DNA of 64,000 nucleotides from an uncultured candidate division Zixibacteria bacterium (lineage in GTDB: Bacteria > Zixibacteria > MSB-5A5 > GN15 > FEB-12). Position numbers and translations under genes: made by a program. Within the stretch, counting starts at the first letter, position 1, and each line of letters begins with the position of its first letter. Below the pieces are notes generated by a model. The model saw only the letters and a list, made by a program, of their open reading frames with translations. It had not been told where the DNA came from and did no database searches. Location of the stretch: NCBI GenBank assembly GCA_963806185.1, contig CAWDXE010000001.1, positions 384,001 through 448,000 on the forward strand. Direction: 5' to 3'. Shown here piece by piece: positions 37,701-46,352 of this stretch.

Positions 37701-38838
37701 TGTACAGGAAGGCCGCCTCAGTCCATTTCTCGGCACCATAGAATTCGTCGGATGGCAACTTCTGGTGCGCCTGGGAGCGATCACCCTGAACGACGGCGCG
37801 GAGACGATCGTAAATGTCAAGCAGGACGTCGTCGGCCGGATTGATCAGGAAGTGCGCTCCTGCGCGGGAAACTGCACCATGAGACAGCAGCCCCCGGATA
37901 ATCCTCATGGTCGTCCGATAGTGCTTTGCGGCCGAAGCCGTCAGCGCATTCATCAGTGTTTCGGTGATACCGAGCAGACGGCATCGCCGCCGCAGGAAGT
38001 TGTCTATTTCCGGTACCTTTTGCGAACGCGGCCCTCGGACGGATCGAAAATTGGAGAGCACAAATTGCCCGAAAAGTCGGGCACTTAGATGTTCGTACGA
38101 CTGCTGATCCACAACCTCGTTTCGCCGCAGAGCGGCTAGAATGTCATTCGGTCGCTTAAGATAGTCCGGATCGGACAGCTCGTCGGCAAGTCGTGTCAGT
38201 TTTCGGCAGTGTTCTGATGACAGCGCGTGCCCCTCGCCCCGGAGATATAAGTGCAACGCTACACCGAGCGAATACGCGTCGGACTGCGGCAGGACGGTTT
38301 GGTTGGCCAATATCTCCGGAGCAATGTGTCCCGGAGTGCCGAAGATATCGGCCTCGGGTGAATGCCCCGAAGGCAACAGGAAGTCCAGGTCAATGAGCCG
38401 CAATTCTGGTCCGCCAGAAGTACTGCGATACATGAAGTTGGACGGTTTCAGGTCGCCATGGACGACACCGGAAAGATGGAGGAAATCCAGTGCTAACGCG
38501 ATCGGGCCAAGACAGGTCATAGGAGTAAATGGAGAGAAATCATCCCCTAACGCGTGCCACGTGTCGGCGGGAAGCAAGGGATATTCGATTGCCACCCGGT
38601 CACCCGACCGGTACATAGCCACGGCCCGGTTAATCAACGATGATCTCATTGACCGCTGAGAATCCCATGATCGTACCAGTATTCGGTCAATCCGCTGGGG
38701 ATCGATTCCTGAGTCGGTCGCGGCTATTTTTACAAGTGCGGCTCTTCCCGTCCGACGATTCTCCGCAAGCCAGGACTCGACGTGCGAATTCGACGAGACC
38801 AATCGCACTGGTGAATATTCAGCAAACTCTTCTATCAC
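34741..38838 (-). CDS. Sigma54-dependent activator with N-terminal Ser/Thr kinase-like, TPR and GAF domains and C-terminal Fis-type HTH
   Basis: HGDLKPSN and GTPGHIAPE; TPR helices; GAF (AERG.I, AVPL...VLGVLYLD); GESGTGKE, LFLDEIG, FRQDLYYRI, WPGNVRQL; ALRKANGNQSRAARSL. Confidence 0.9.
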   Translation of the reverse strand: MIEEFAEYSPVRLVSSNSHVESWLAENRRTGRAALVKIAATDSGIDPQRIDRILVRSWDSQRSMRSSLINRAVAMYRSGDRVAIEYPLLPADTWHALGDDFSPFTPMTCLGPIALALDFLHLSGVVHGDLKPSNFMYRSTSGGPELRLIDLDFLLPSGHSPEADIFGTPGHIAPEILANQTVLPQSDAYSLGVALHLYLRGEGHALSSEHCRKLTRLADELSDPDYLKRPNDILAALRRNEVVDQQSYEHLSARLFGQFVLSNFRSVRGPRSQKVPEIDNFLRRRCRLLGITETLMNALTASAAKHYRTTMRIIRGLLSHGAVSRAGAHFLINPADDVLLDIYDRLRAVVQGDRSQAHQKLPSDEFYGAEKWTEAAFLYRYREVVGNDSAVSANPAAIIDLASEAYNLNRLIQAESLLDSVLNDERSVEAHLSSLQLVLKTKIKLDHIVPARELAEIGIAVARRNSDLHSELRFMRTLAWIRMIGNEQTSAEEMVEEVRQRSQQAGFVDLEAMAEYTSGVLHWRQGRFLDAAAHLGKAVALSEPMKNEVLVPALSTLALVKTGLSDYKGAARAAKNAINMAGELEQGSLLAPNCLVLILAYVRLGDINKADYWLRRFYVEIANNANPGQLLHYHQISAFCALWRGEVKLAEEACSHALEIARSIPPTSLEGKAYHVLAECALIRGDMPRLSSALESARKLFAQYEDITSLAELDMIQKIGDLVYARDVDPASVYPIIDVLLERGSFFYAALGLFQIVASGQSVDDNMRARRDRLRAVISDHDVPVFRVLSTLLYPSDIGQRGDEIKGWKSAFVELNQAGDRFRAMLIAIEVSAFYIEGSRSRSAKKYLLQARQIAKQLQNALMLEKIEASLAKLALAADEQTHLIDSFHGISSILKDVHDYPKMMYQLVRYAVEQTGAERGVILLNTGNAAGLRPAVSYNCDDDQSMADILDFSRSIPRTAASDSLPILVENAIQDNRTRSLKSVIAHNILSVAAVPLTVEGQVLGVLYLDHHTIPSLFEPSDLQYIQAIANLVAVALSNAQSYRILLTKSDQLEKRLAHLGESGQFISRDPKTAEIFEQLDRIAQTTAPVLLLGESGTGKEIIAERIHSLSPRCKRNMVKLNCAGLAPTMVESELFGVAKGVATGVVEREGRLAAADSGTLFLDEIGDMPLEIQAKLLRVVEYQEYEKVGSNRPVHTDIRFVCATNKNLIELMERGRFRQDLYYRINTVTVEIPPLRERLGDIPLLIDHFLQLFSRGQAPILTPETIGLLSIYSWPGNVRQLKRLIESWCILMPGRAITPNVLPVEIIKSTRSPRGSAAIANMEEVQIREALRKANGNQSRAARSLAMPLSTFRRKALKYHIEL

Positions 38839-39170
38839 GTTGATGACTGAAATACCTGATGTCTCCTTACCCTAGAATATAGCCAAATAGGGCAATCAGC
38901 AAACCTTATTGACAGAGTGGAATCGCTTCTCCGTTTCACTCGTGGCCGGACTCATGCCATACGGTCCAGCCCATTTCCCGGCGGCGGCGTGCCGGGTTCC
39001 AGTGCACGGCCGGCCGCCTCGGGGCGAGCCAGTGTCATTGCCGCTTGGAAATCGGCCTGATTTGACTATCTTGAGTCATATCAGGAGACGGTCTTCGCCG
39101 GCGTCTACGCACACAGGCGCGCGACGTACCCAGGTCATATACAACATTGTGAGTTGATGGCGAGTTCATC

Positions 39171-41726
39171 ATGAAGGCTTTCTGGCCGGCCCAGGTATCG
39201 AACCCAAGTCCAGTGTGCTTCCGACCCCGAAAACAGCACGGCGATATCTATCGTCCATGCCTCCGTGCCCTCCTGCTGGTTATTGTCTTTTACAGTTTCG
39301 CTTTCGCCAGTTCCGGAATCACCGCCTGGAATAACCTGACCACCAAACCAAACCTTGATCTCATCGAAATGCCGGATGCCCACTGGGTAGCCGCCTTTGA
39401 CGCGGATGGTGACGGCAATGACGAATGCTTCGGTTGGCAATCCGAGCTGTACTTTGTATTCTCCGGCGACTTACGGACGAACATGGCATCGTGCTGGATC
39501 CGGAACATCGAGGGCGTATCCGCAATCTTCGGGGCCGAAGACTCTCTCCGCGCGTTGACTCTGAGAACCCTGATCGGCGACACGTTCAGGTACTACCTTC
39601 TGACGTGCTCTCGATGGACGGATTCCTCGGCGTGTCTTGATGAGAACAAGCCGACGCTTGTTCGCTCCCCGGAACGCATCCAAGGGCACGTTCGTGGCGA
39701 TTTCACTCCGGCCCTCTCCTGTGATGTCAACGGCGACTCCGTGTCTGATCTGATCGGCTTGGTTAATAGTGGTAAGTACGCGCTCCAGCCTCGCGGCGTG
39801 CGCGTTATCGACGGCAAGGACTACTCGCCGCTTTGGGAACGCTGCTTCGGCCAGTGGCCAATGGATCCCCGGTTGCTTGATCTTGATCAGGATGGCACTC
39901 CCGAAATCGTGGTCGCCGGAAATTCGGTCTCCAATGGCAGCACGGCCAACGGCTTCCCTGACTCGATCTGCTATCTCTTTGCGTTCGACTTGCACGGTCG
40001 TGACTTCTGGCCCCCGATTCGGCTCGGCGGATCGCTGACATATGCACGTTTTGCACCAATGCCGAACCAGCCCAAGGTCGACCGCAAACTGGTAGTTGTC
40101 ACGCGGTCCTTTCAGGATGACCAACCTCAGGGCGCCATGATGATTAACGCCCGTTCCGGACAGATAATTGCCCGCCTTGATCACTCTCCAGGCTTCGGCT
40201 CGCTCATGATCCTGCCCAACACGGATACGAACGCACGAATCTGCGCCGCCACCGTCGACGGCTCCATACTGCTTCTCGACGATGAGCTCGGAATTCGCCG
40301 ACAGGTCACGTCGGCATCAGAAGAGCCGTTCATGCTCCGCGCCCCCATGGACATCGACAACGATTCAATCAGCGAAATCGTCGCGTCCAGGGGAAATGCC
40401 GTCTGGCTGTTCACCGCCACCCTTGATTCCGTTTTTGTTCATACTTTCGATGCTCCGGTCTCCGGTCTGTTTCCCATGCGATGCGTGAGTGGCTCCGGCT
40501 GCCGGTTCATCATTCAGGTGAAAGAGCATGCCTTTTCCGCCAGGGCCTCGCGAATCAGAAAGAATCTCGCCGAAATGGTGCCGCCGGTCGTCCAGGGTAG
40601 CGTCGCTTCCATCCTTTGTCTGAGCGTGATCTTCGTCTTTGTCCAGCGTCGACGCTATTTGTCCTTTCTCAACGTCGTCTTCAATGACAATTCACGGATC
40701 ATCATCGCTCTGGACAGCCAAACTCGAATTTTCCGGATCAACGAGGGCGCGCGCAAATTCTTTGGTCCCAAGGCCCAATCCCTCATGGGAAAACCACTGT
40801 CGGCCATCGACGACGATAATCGCTATGCAGAACTCATTGCCGCCATTCGGGACTTCTCGGGTGGAAGAGAATCGTCAGCTCAGTGCGAACTGCGCATGCT
40901 GCACCGCGGAAGCCCGCGAGAGATGCTTCTTCAGCTCACCAGACTCGGGCGGGGACGTCTGTTCACAGGCACCGATATTATTCTCACGATGCAGGACATC
41001 ACCAGAGTCACTCAGGAGAAACTGTATGAGAGCTGGGACGTCTTTTGGCGCGGACTGGCCCATGATTTGAAAAAGCCGCTCGCGCCCATGCGCCTGTTCC
41101 TCCAGGACCTGGGGCGGCGACTCAATGATAAGACCGTGGAGATCGATCACATCAACGCCCGCTACATCGAACCGGCGCTGCAACAGCTCGACTTGATGAC
41201 CCGCCTGATCAATCGTGTCCCCCGTGCAACTGATGCTGAGTCCGCGCCGCGATCCCGCATCGGCCTCGATGAAGTCCTTACGTACGTCGTGAGCATCAAA
41301 CGATCGACTCTCCCCGAGCACATCACCCTGAACCGATCCGGCTCGTTGGAACCTGCCTGGGTGAACGGAAATCGGGACGACCTCACGCGTGTCTTTATGG
41401 AACTCATCGACAACGCCGTCAAAGCGCTCGGCACAAATCACAAGGGCAGGATTACGCTTTCCTGTCGTCAGGACAACGGGGACGCCCGCGCCGTGCGCGT
41501 TGAAATTGAAGACGACGGTGGCGGGATAAGCACTCAGCTTCTCCCCCGCATCTTCGAGCCCGGCGTGACCACCGGCGGCTCCGATCACCAGGGACTGGGT
41601 CTCTTCACCGCCCGAAGAGTCGTCACACAGCATGGTGGCCACATCGAAGTTCGCAGCCAGGAAGGTGGCGGCACCGTATTTGCTGTCATATTGCCCGCGG
41701 ATGGAGCGGAGGTCCCTTGTGAATAA
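39171..41726 (+). CDS. Sensor histidine kinase with extracellular FG-GAP-like propeller, TM, PAS and HATPase domains
   Basis: DxDGDGxxE/D repeats; TM helix; AHDLKKPL H-box; ELIDNA, EDDGGG, IFEPGVTT, GLGL. Start uncertain. Confidence 0.88.
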   Translation: MKAFWPAQVSNPSPVCFRPRKQHGDIYRPCLRALLLVIVFYSFAFASSGITAWNNLTTKPNLDLIEMPDAHWVAAFDADGDGNDECFGWQSELYFVFSGDLRTNMASCWIRNIEGVSAIFGAEDSLRALTLRTLIGDTFRYYLLTCSRWTDSSACLDENKPTLVRSPERIQGHVRGDFTPALSCDVNGDSVSDLIGLVNSGKYALQPRGVRVIDGKDYSPLWERCFGQWPMDPRLLDLDQDGTPEIVVAGNSVSNGSTANGFPDSICYLFAFDLHGRDFWPPIRLGGSLTYARFAPMPNQPKVDRKLVVVTRSFQDDQPQGAMMINARSGQIIARLDHSPGFGSLMILPNTDTNARICAATVDGSILLLDDELGIRRQVTSASEEPFMLRAPMDIDNDSISEIVASRGNAVWLFTATLDSVFVHTFDAPVSGLFPMRCVSGSGCRFIIQVKEHAFSARASRIRKNLAEMVPPVVQGSVASILCLSVIFVFVQRRRYLSFLNVVFNDNSRIIIALDSQTRIFRINEGARKFFGPKAQSLMGKPLSAIDDDNRYAELIAAIRDFSGGRESSAQCELRMLHRGSPREMLLQLTRLGRGRLFTGTDIILTMQDITRVTQEKLYESWDVFWRGLAHDLKKPLAPMRLFLQDLGRRLNDKTVEIDHINARYIEPALQQLDLMTRLINRVPRATDAESAPRSRIGLDEVLTYVVSIKRSTLPEHITLNRSGSLEPAWVNGNRDDLTRVFMELIDNAVKALGTNHKGRITLSCRQDNGDARAVRVEIEDDGGGISTQLLPRIFEPGVTTGGSDHQGLGLFTARRVVTQHGGHIEVRSQEGGGTVFAVILPADGAEVPCE

Positions 41727-43086
41727 GCCCGTGATTTTGGCCATTGACGACGACTTGAACTTTCTGGCCGCCCTGCAGGTGGTGCTACAGGATCAATACG
41801 ACCTGATCCAGGCAACATCAGGTGAAATCGGCCTGCAATTACTCAAGAAGAACCGGGCAAACACTGTCCTGCTTGACGTCAACCTTCCGGGCTCAGACGG
41901 AATCGTCATACTTGGCTCAATTCGGGAGATGTTCCCCGGCCTTCCCGTTGTCATGGTAACCGCCGAAAAGCAACTGGCCGTGGCAGTTGATGCAATCAAG
42001 CGAGGCGCCTTCGATTATCTTGATAAGCCGGTCGATCGTGATCGCCTCCTGACCACCATTCGCAATGCACTGGCGGTCGAAGCCGGGGAGCGAGAACGCG
42101 CCGCCTTGATCGATATTGCCAAACGGCTGTATCCGATCATCGGAGACAGTCCTGCCATGCAGCACGTCCGCGAATTTGCAGCCAAGGTGGGCCCTTCGGA
42201 TCTCCCGGTCCTTATCACGGGCGAGACGGGTACCGGCAAAGACCTTGTAGCCAGACTGATACACTACTCCAGCCGGCGCGCAAGCTTGCCATTCATCAAA
42301 CTCAATATGGCCAGTGTTCCGGAGGACTTGCTCGAATCGGAACTGTTCGGCCATAGGCGGGGAGCCTTTACCGGCGCGGTCGCTGATCGAGAAGGTGTCT
42401 TCCGCGCGGCCGAAGGCGGCACACTTTTTCTCGACGAGATCGGACTTGCTTCCCGTCGCATGCAAGGCAAAATCCTCGAGGCGGTCGAGAACAGGGAATT
42501 TGCGCCGGTCGGCGCTAACCAGAAGATCAAAGTGAACATTCGCATCGTCACGGCCACCAATAAAGACCTCCGGGCCGAAATCCAGGCCGACCGCTTCCTT
42601 CTCGATTTGTACCACCGCATCGCCGCCCTCGCCATTGACATTCCGCCACTGCGAGAACGGCTGGAGGACATTATTCAGATCGCCGAACACTACCTCGCCC
42701 TGGGTTCCGCCGAATTGCAGGCCCCCCCACGGTCGTTCGCCCCGGAGACGAGACAGCTCCTCCTCGATCATTCGTGGCCGGGAAACGGCCGGGAATTGAA
42801 GGGAACGATTATGGCTGCCTTACTTTTCTCTGATGACCAGGTGATCGAGCCGGAGGATATCGCCATACATCTCCACCGCGCTCCAGGTAAGGCCTTGAAC
42901 GGCGACCACTCCCTGTATCACAACCTCCGCACTTGGGAGCGCGAGTTTATAAGCAGGGCACTCCTCGCGTGCGACTACGATATCCCTAAGACAGCCGCCT
43001 TGATTGGTGTCCACAGAGTCACGCTGTACAAGAAGCTGAGAACACTGAACCTCGAAATCCACAACTCCACCCAAGAGAAACTGTAA
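41719..43086 (+). CDS. NtrC-family sigma54 response regulator
   Basis: REC (IDDD, LLDVNLP, KP), GETGTGKD, canonical GAFTGA, HTH; GTG start overlapping the kinase stop, GGAGG RBS. Confidence 0.93.
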   Translation: MNKPVILAIDDDLNFLAALQVVLQDQYDLIQATSGEIGLQLLKKNRANTVLLDVNLPGSDGIVILGSIREMFPGLPVVMVTAEKQLAVAVDAIKRGAFDYLDKPVDRDRLLTTIRNALAVEAGERERAALIDIAKRLYPIIGDSPAMQHVREFAAKVGPSDLPVLITGETGTGKDLVARLIHYSSRRASLPFIKLNMASVPEDLLESELFGHRRGAFTGAVADREGVFRAAEGGTLFLDEIGLASRRMQGKILEAVENREFAPVGANQKIKVNIRIVTATNKDLRAEIQADRFLLDLYHRIAALAIDIPPLRERLEDIIQIAEHYLALGSAELQAPPRSFAPETRQLLLDHSWPGNGRELKGTIMAALLFSDDQVIEPEDIAIHLHRAPGKALNGDHSLYHNLRTWEREFISRALLACDYDIPKTAALIGVHRVTLYKKLRTLNLEIHNSTQEKL

Positions 43087-43531
43087 CCGATTGGCTACAA
43101 AACTCCCCGCGATGGTGCCGTTCGGCAACAGCAATTGTGGCTGTTTCACCACCTTGGCTCAAATCAACCTAATCAACTGCTTGCCAGTCAACGACAACAA
43201 AACCGTGATCCGACGCGCACACCATTTGCTTGTATGCTCGCTGACTTCAGACGTGAAGTGAAATTTGTCGTGCTCTCATTTGTCGCGAAAGCATGCTTGA
43301 CGTCGGGCGGAGATTATGAAACGCGATGGTCGCTGCGAAAATAGTTTCCTGACGATCACCGGCTACAAAAAGAAGCTCAGAGGTGGGATGTGATGTAGGG
43401 TTCCAGATTAGAATCGGCTCGGACGATCAAATCTCCTCCGAGTGTCGGCAACCGGTGGTGCTATGTGTGCTCAGCGCTACCGGTTGTATTTTTTTCTAGA
43501 TTTTCGAGCAGCAGGCGTCTCTCAGTCGATG

Positions 43532-44302
43532 TCAATGGAGGTGGATCAGGAGTGCCGCTCCGGCATTGCCGCCGCTGGTGACTGGAGAGATTCCCAGGTT
43601 GCGGGTCAATCGATTTCGGCCTACCACTTCATGGGCCACTATGTTCCCCAGAAGACAGCCCGCGACCACATCGCTGATGTAGTGTTTGTTCTCCTGAAGC
43701 CGCGACAACCCGACATATCCGGCCACCGCCTCGGCGGCGATTCCGGGTATCGTGCCGTAGCGATTGGCAATCACTCCGGCGGTCGTAAAGGCCATGGTTG
43801 AGTGGCCCGACGGAAACGAGTAGGGTGCGCCATCCGGTCGACGGCGGTTGGTTGCCACTTTCAGTCCGGTCGATAGGGCGCCTGAAATGACGAGTGCACT
43901 GAATAGATCGGATCCCAGTCCGGCCATCTCCTCACTATGCCCAATCTTGCCTATTGAATACAAAGAAATAGCCGCCCCGATGTGAACGATACCGTTTCCC
44001 AACACGTTCCCTGCCTCAAAAACGTGATCCACTGCAATACGATTCGTCCAGGAGCGATAAGGATGATTGGTCTCGTCGTCAAATACGGACGGGACAGCCC
44101 CGAACATGAACAATCCTCCCCAAAAGCGCGGCTGTTGCCCCAGAGCCGTGACATTGCCGGCAAGATCGGAAAACAGATTGGAGGAAATAGCCAAACGGCT
44201 GTCGGCGCTCCACGTCGACGTGGCCGACACCAGGATTGAAAACAACATCGTCGTACAAAAACGCACGGCAGCACTCCTTCGGGGTTTAGCCGACTCTTTC
44301 AA
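43532..44302 (-). CDS. PAP2-family phosphatase
   Basis: K...R.RP, SFPSGHS, SRL...H..SDV..G motifs. Confidence 0.88.
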   Translation of the reverse strand: MKESAKPRRSAAVRFCTTMLFSILVSATSTWSADSRLAISSNLFSDLAGNVTALGQQPRFWGGLFMFGAVPSVFDDETNHPYRSWTNRIAVDHVFEAGNVLGNGIVHIGAAISLYSIGKIGHSEEMAGLGSDLFSALVISGALSTGLKVATNRRRPDGAPYSFPSGHSTMAFTTAGVIANRYGTIPGIAAEAVAGYVGLSRLQENKHYISDVVAGCLLGNIVAHEVVGRNRLTRNLGISPVTSGGNAGAALLIHLH

Positions 44303-44463
44303 TCCTTTGGCAAATCGGCAATTGTCTCAGGCACCGCCACCCGGGCGGGCACCAGTCTTATAATGCCGGTCATCCCCGAAAGTTTCTGGAATAGTATCCT
44401 GATATGGTGATTGTAGCTCCAGACAGTCTCCGTCTGGCATCGATGATTTAGTCGGAATCTCCA

Positions 44464-46143
44464 CTACGGCTTGCGTTCCAGCAGTCGCCAGGTGTCGGAA
44501 TGTTCGATTTCCTGGAAGTGTATTTCGAAGTATGGCCCGTACACCTCAAGCATCCGTTCCACTGTTCCCCCGCAACAACCTCCATCATCCTGGTGCAGGA
44601 GCGGAATCATCACGAGATTGACATTGGCGAAAATGGTATCCGGAGCCGGCAGCCCGTTCGCGCTGACCGAGAAATTGATATCCCACCAAAGGGGGACTCC
44701 CTTCGGAGGCACCAGTTGCAGGGCAAACGAAAACGGGTCGGTGAGAGCGACGACGAACAGCTTTGACTCAGATGTCACGTGGCGGCGCAGGAGCGCGATG
44801 CCGTCATTGATGCGCGCCGGGACATCCTTCGCCCGCCAATAGGCAGTCTGCCATTCGCTGGTATGGGGGATGACGAAGTCACGTAACGGTTCGGCACCAA
44901 AGCGCTGGCTGGCCGGAGCCCCGTGATCGCGGTATGATTTCCACTTCGTGGCCAGATACACGCTCCGGCTGTCCTTTGCCATCATCGGCAGGGCAAAGAC
45001 CGGAATGGCAATCAGCAGCACCAGTATGTAGGAGAGTTCCGACGCCGACAGGGGGCCGGTATGCTCTTGCTCAAGCCTCCGCGAGACGAATTCAATCAGA
45101 ATTACACACGCTGCGAAGAGCAGGGGAAGATCGGCTCCTTCTACGGCGTTGCCGGCCGCGATAAAGAACGTTGCTCCGAGCATAAACGCAATCGCTACGG
45201 TTGTTCTCACCTTCTCGGACATCCAACGGGCCCGGCGCGTGTCACGCACAGGTGTGATCATCGTCACGAGCCACAAGAGCAAGAGTGCGTAGATCGAGTG
45301 CAGGTTTGCTGAGAGACTGTTCTTCAGATACTGAATGCGGTGCCCCAATGACTGCGCTTCGGCCGCTGTCCGCAAATCGGCGATATAGTCGAACGAACTG
45401 ATATTGAAGAGGAGCTTCACGCCGAGACAAAACAGGACAAACGTCCCTGCCGCATAGAGAAAAACACGCCACCTGTCAGGATACATGACGACACCCAACG
45501 CGCACGCCCCCACCCCAACGACGAAATAGCTGATTTTGCAGAAGAATAGGAGAGCCAGCAGACCGCCGATCGATATTCCCTCAAGCAGCAGTGTTCGCCT
45601 GCCGGTCGTGCGCGGCTCGATGAACAACTGGATCACCAGCACCGACAACAATACCCAGCTATAGCGGTTGTAAATCATCGCATAAGTTGTCACACCCGGA
45701 TCATATCCCAGGGGCCGGGCGGCGACAATCAACATGCAGACAAAGACGGTGAGAATACACGACATCATACCGGACAATCGGCTGTACGCCACCCACCACG
45801 TCCACGGTACGATGACCGCGAGAAACAAGAGATTCCCGCAAGCGATAGCCATGGTCGACGGGCCGCAGAGTCTCATGCCGATCGAAATGAGGACGTACGT
45901 CAATGATCCAATCGGGTTGTAGAAATCGGTGTGGGGTATGAGCCCGCTGTGCACCGCCCATCCTCCCTCCAATAAGGTAAAGACATCCCACGGGGCCATG
46001 ATGTGGATCGCACCGTTCCTGAGCGTGAGAATCGCCAGCAGAAGCACCGGCACGGTCGTCAACGTTAGCCAGAGTACCGGTGAGGCTTCAAAGGGTTCTA
46101 TGGCGCGATTCGTTAAGCGTCGTATCAATTTCACATAGCCCAT
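44464..46143 (-). CDS. Polytopic membrane protein (possibly GT-C glycosyltransferase-like)
   Basis: About 11-13 hydrophobic helices, N-terminal WD...G..PHTDF..PIG loop, soluble C-terminal domain. Confidence 0.7.
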   Translation of the reverse strand: MGYVKLIRRLTNRAIEPFEASPVLWLTLTTVPVLLLAILTLRNGAIHIMAPWDVFTLLEGGWAVHSGLIPHTDFYNPIGSLTYVLISIGMRLCGPSTMAIACGNLLFLAVIVPWTWWVAYSRLSGMMSCILTVFVCMLIVAARPLGYDPGVTTYAMIYNRYSWVLLSVLVIQLFIEPRTTGRRTLLLEGISIGGLLALLFFCKISYFVVGVGACALGVVMYPDRWRVFLYAAGTFVLFCLGVKLLFNISSFDYIADLRTAAEAQSLGHRIQYLKNSLSANLHSIYALLLLWLVTMITPVRDTRRARWMSEKVRTTVAIAFMLGATFFIAAGNAVEGADLPLLFAACVILIEFVSRRLEQEHTGPLSASELSYILVLLIAIPVFALPMMAKDSRSVYLATKWKSYRDHGAPASQRFGAEPLRDFVIPHTSEWQTAYWRAKDVPARINDGIALLRRHVTSESKLFVVALTDPFSFALQLVPPKGVPLWWDINFSVSANGLPAPDTIFANVNLVMIPLLHQDDGGCCGGTVERMLEVYGPYFEIHFQEIEHSDTWRLLERKP

Positions 46144-46289
46144 GAGGTCGCCTGTTGGTGTCGATTTTCCAAGAAGTGATAACTTCGGTCCAAGATAGTC
46201 ACAAACCGGCCCTTTGCCAAGTGCAGTATGGTACCAGGCGGTTTGGCCGGGCCATCCCGGCAGGGAGACGTCGTGCGGGCACTTGATAC

Positions 46290-46322
46290 AAAAACGGCCC
46301 GGCAGGATTGCCTGCCGGGCCG
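46290..46322 (-). terminator. Rho-independent terminator
   Basis: CGGCCCGGCAGG...CCTGCCGGGCCG followed by a T-tract on the minus strand. Confidence 0.8.
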
Positions 46323-46352
46323 ACTGTCATGGTCCAAATCGCCGACCGCCCG

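Noticed and set aside
39063..39078. TGACT-N6-AGTCA palindrome in the divergent promoter region
   Set aside because: Single short occurrence that could arise by chance.
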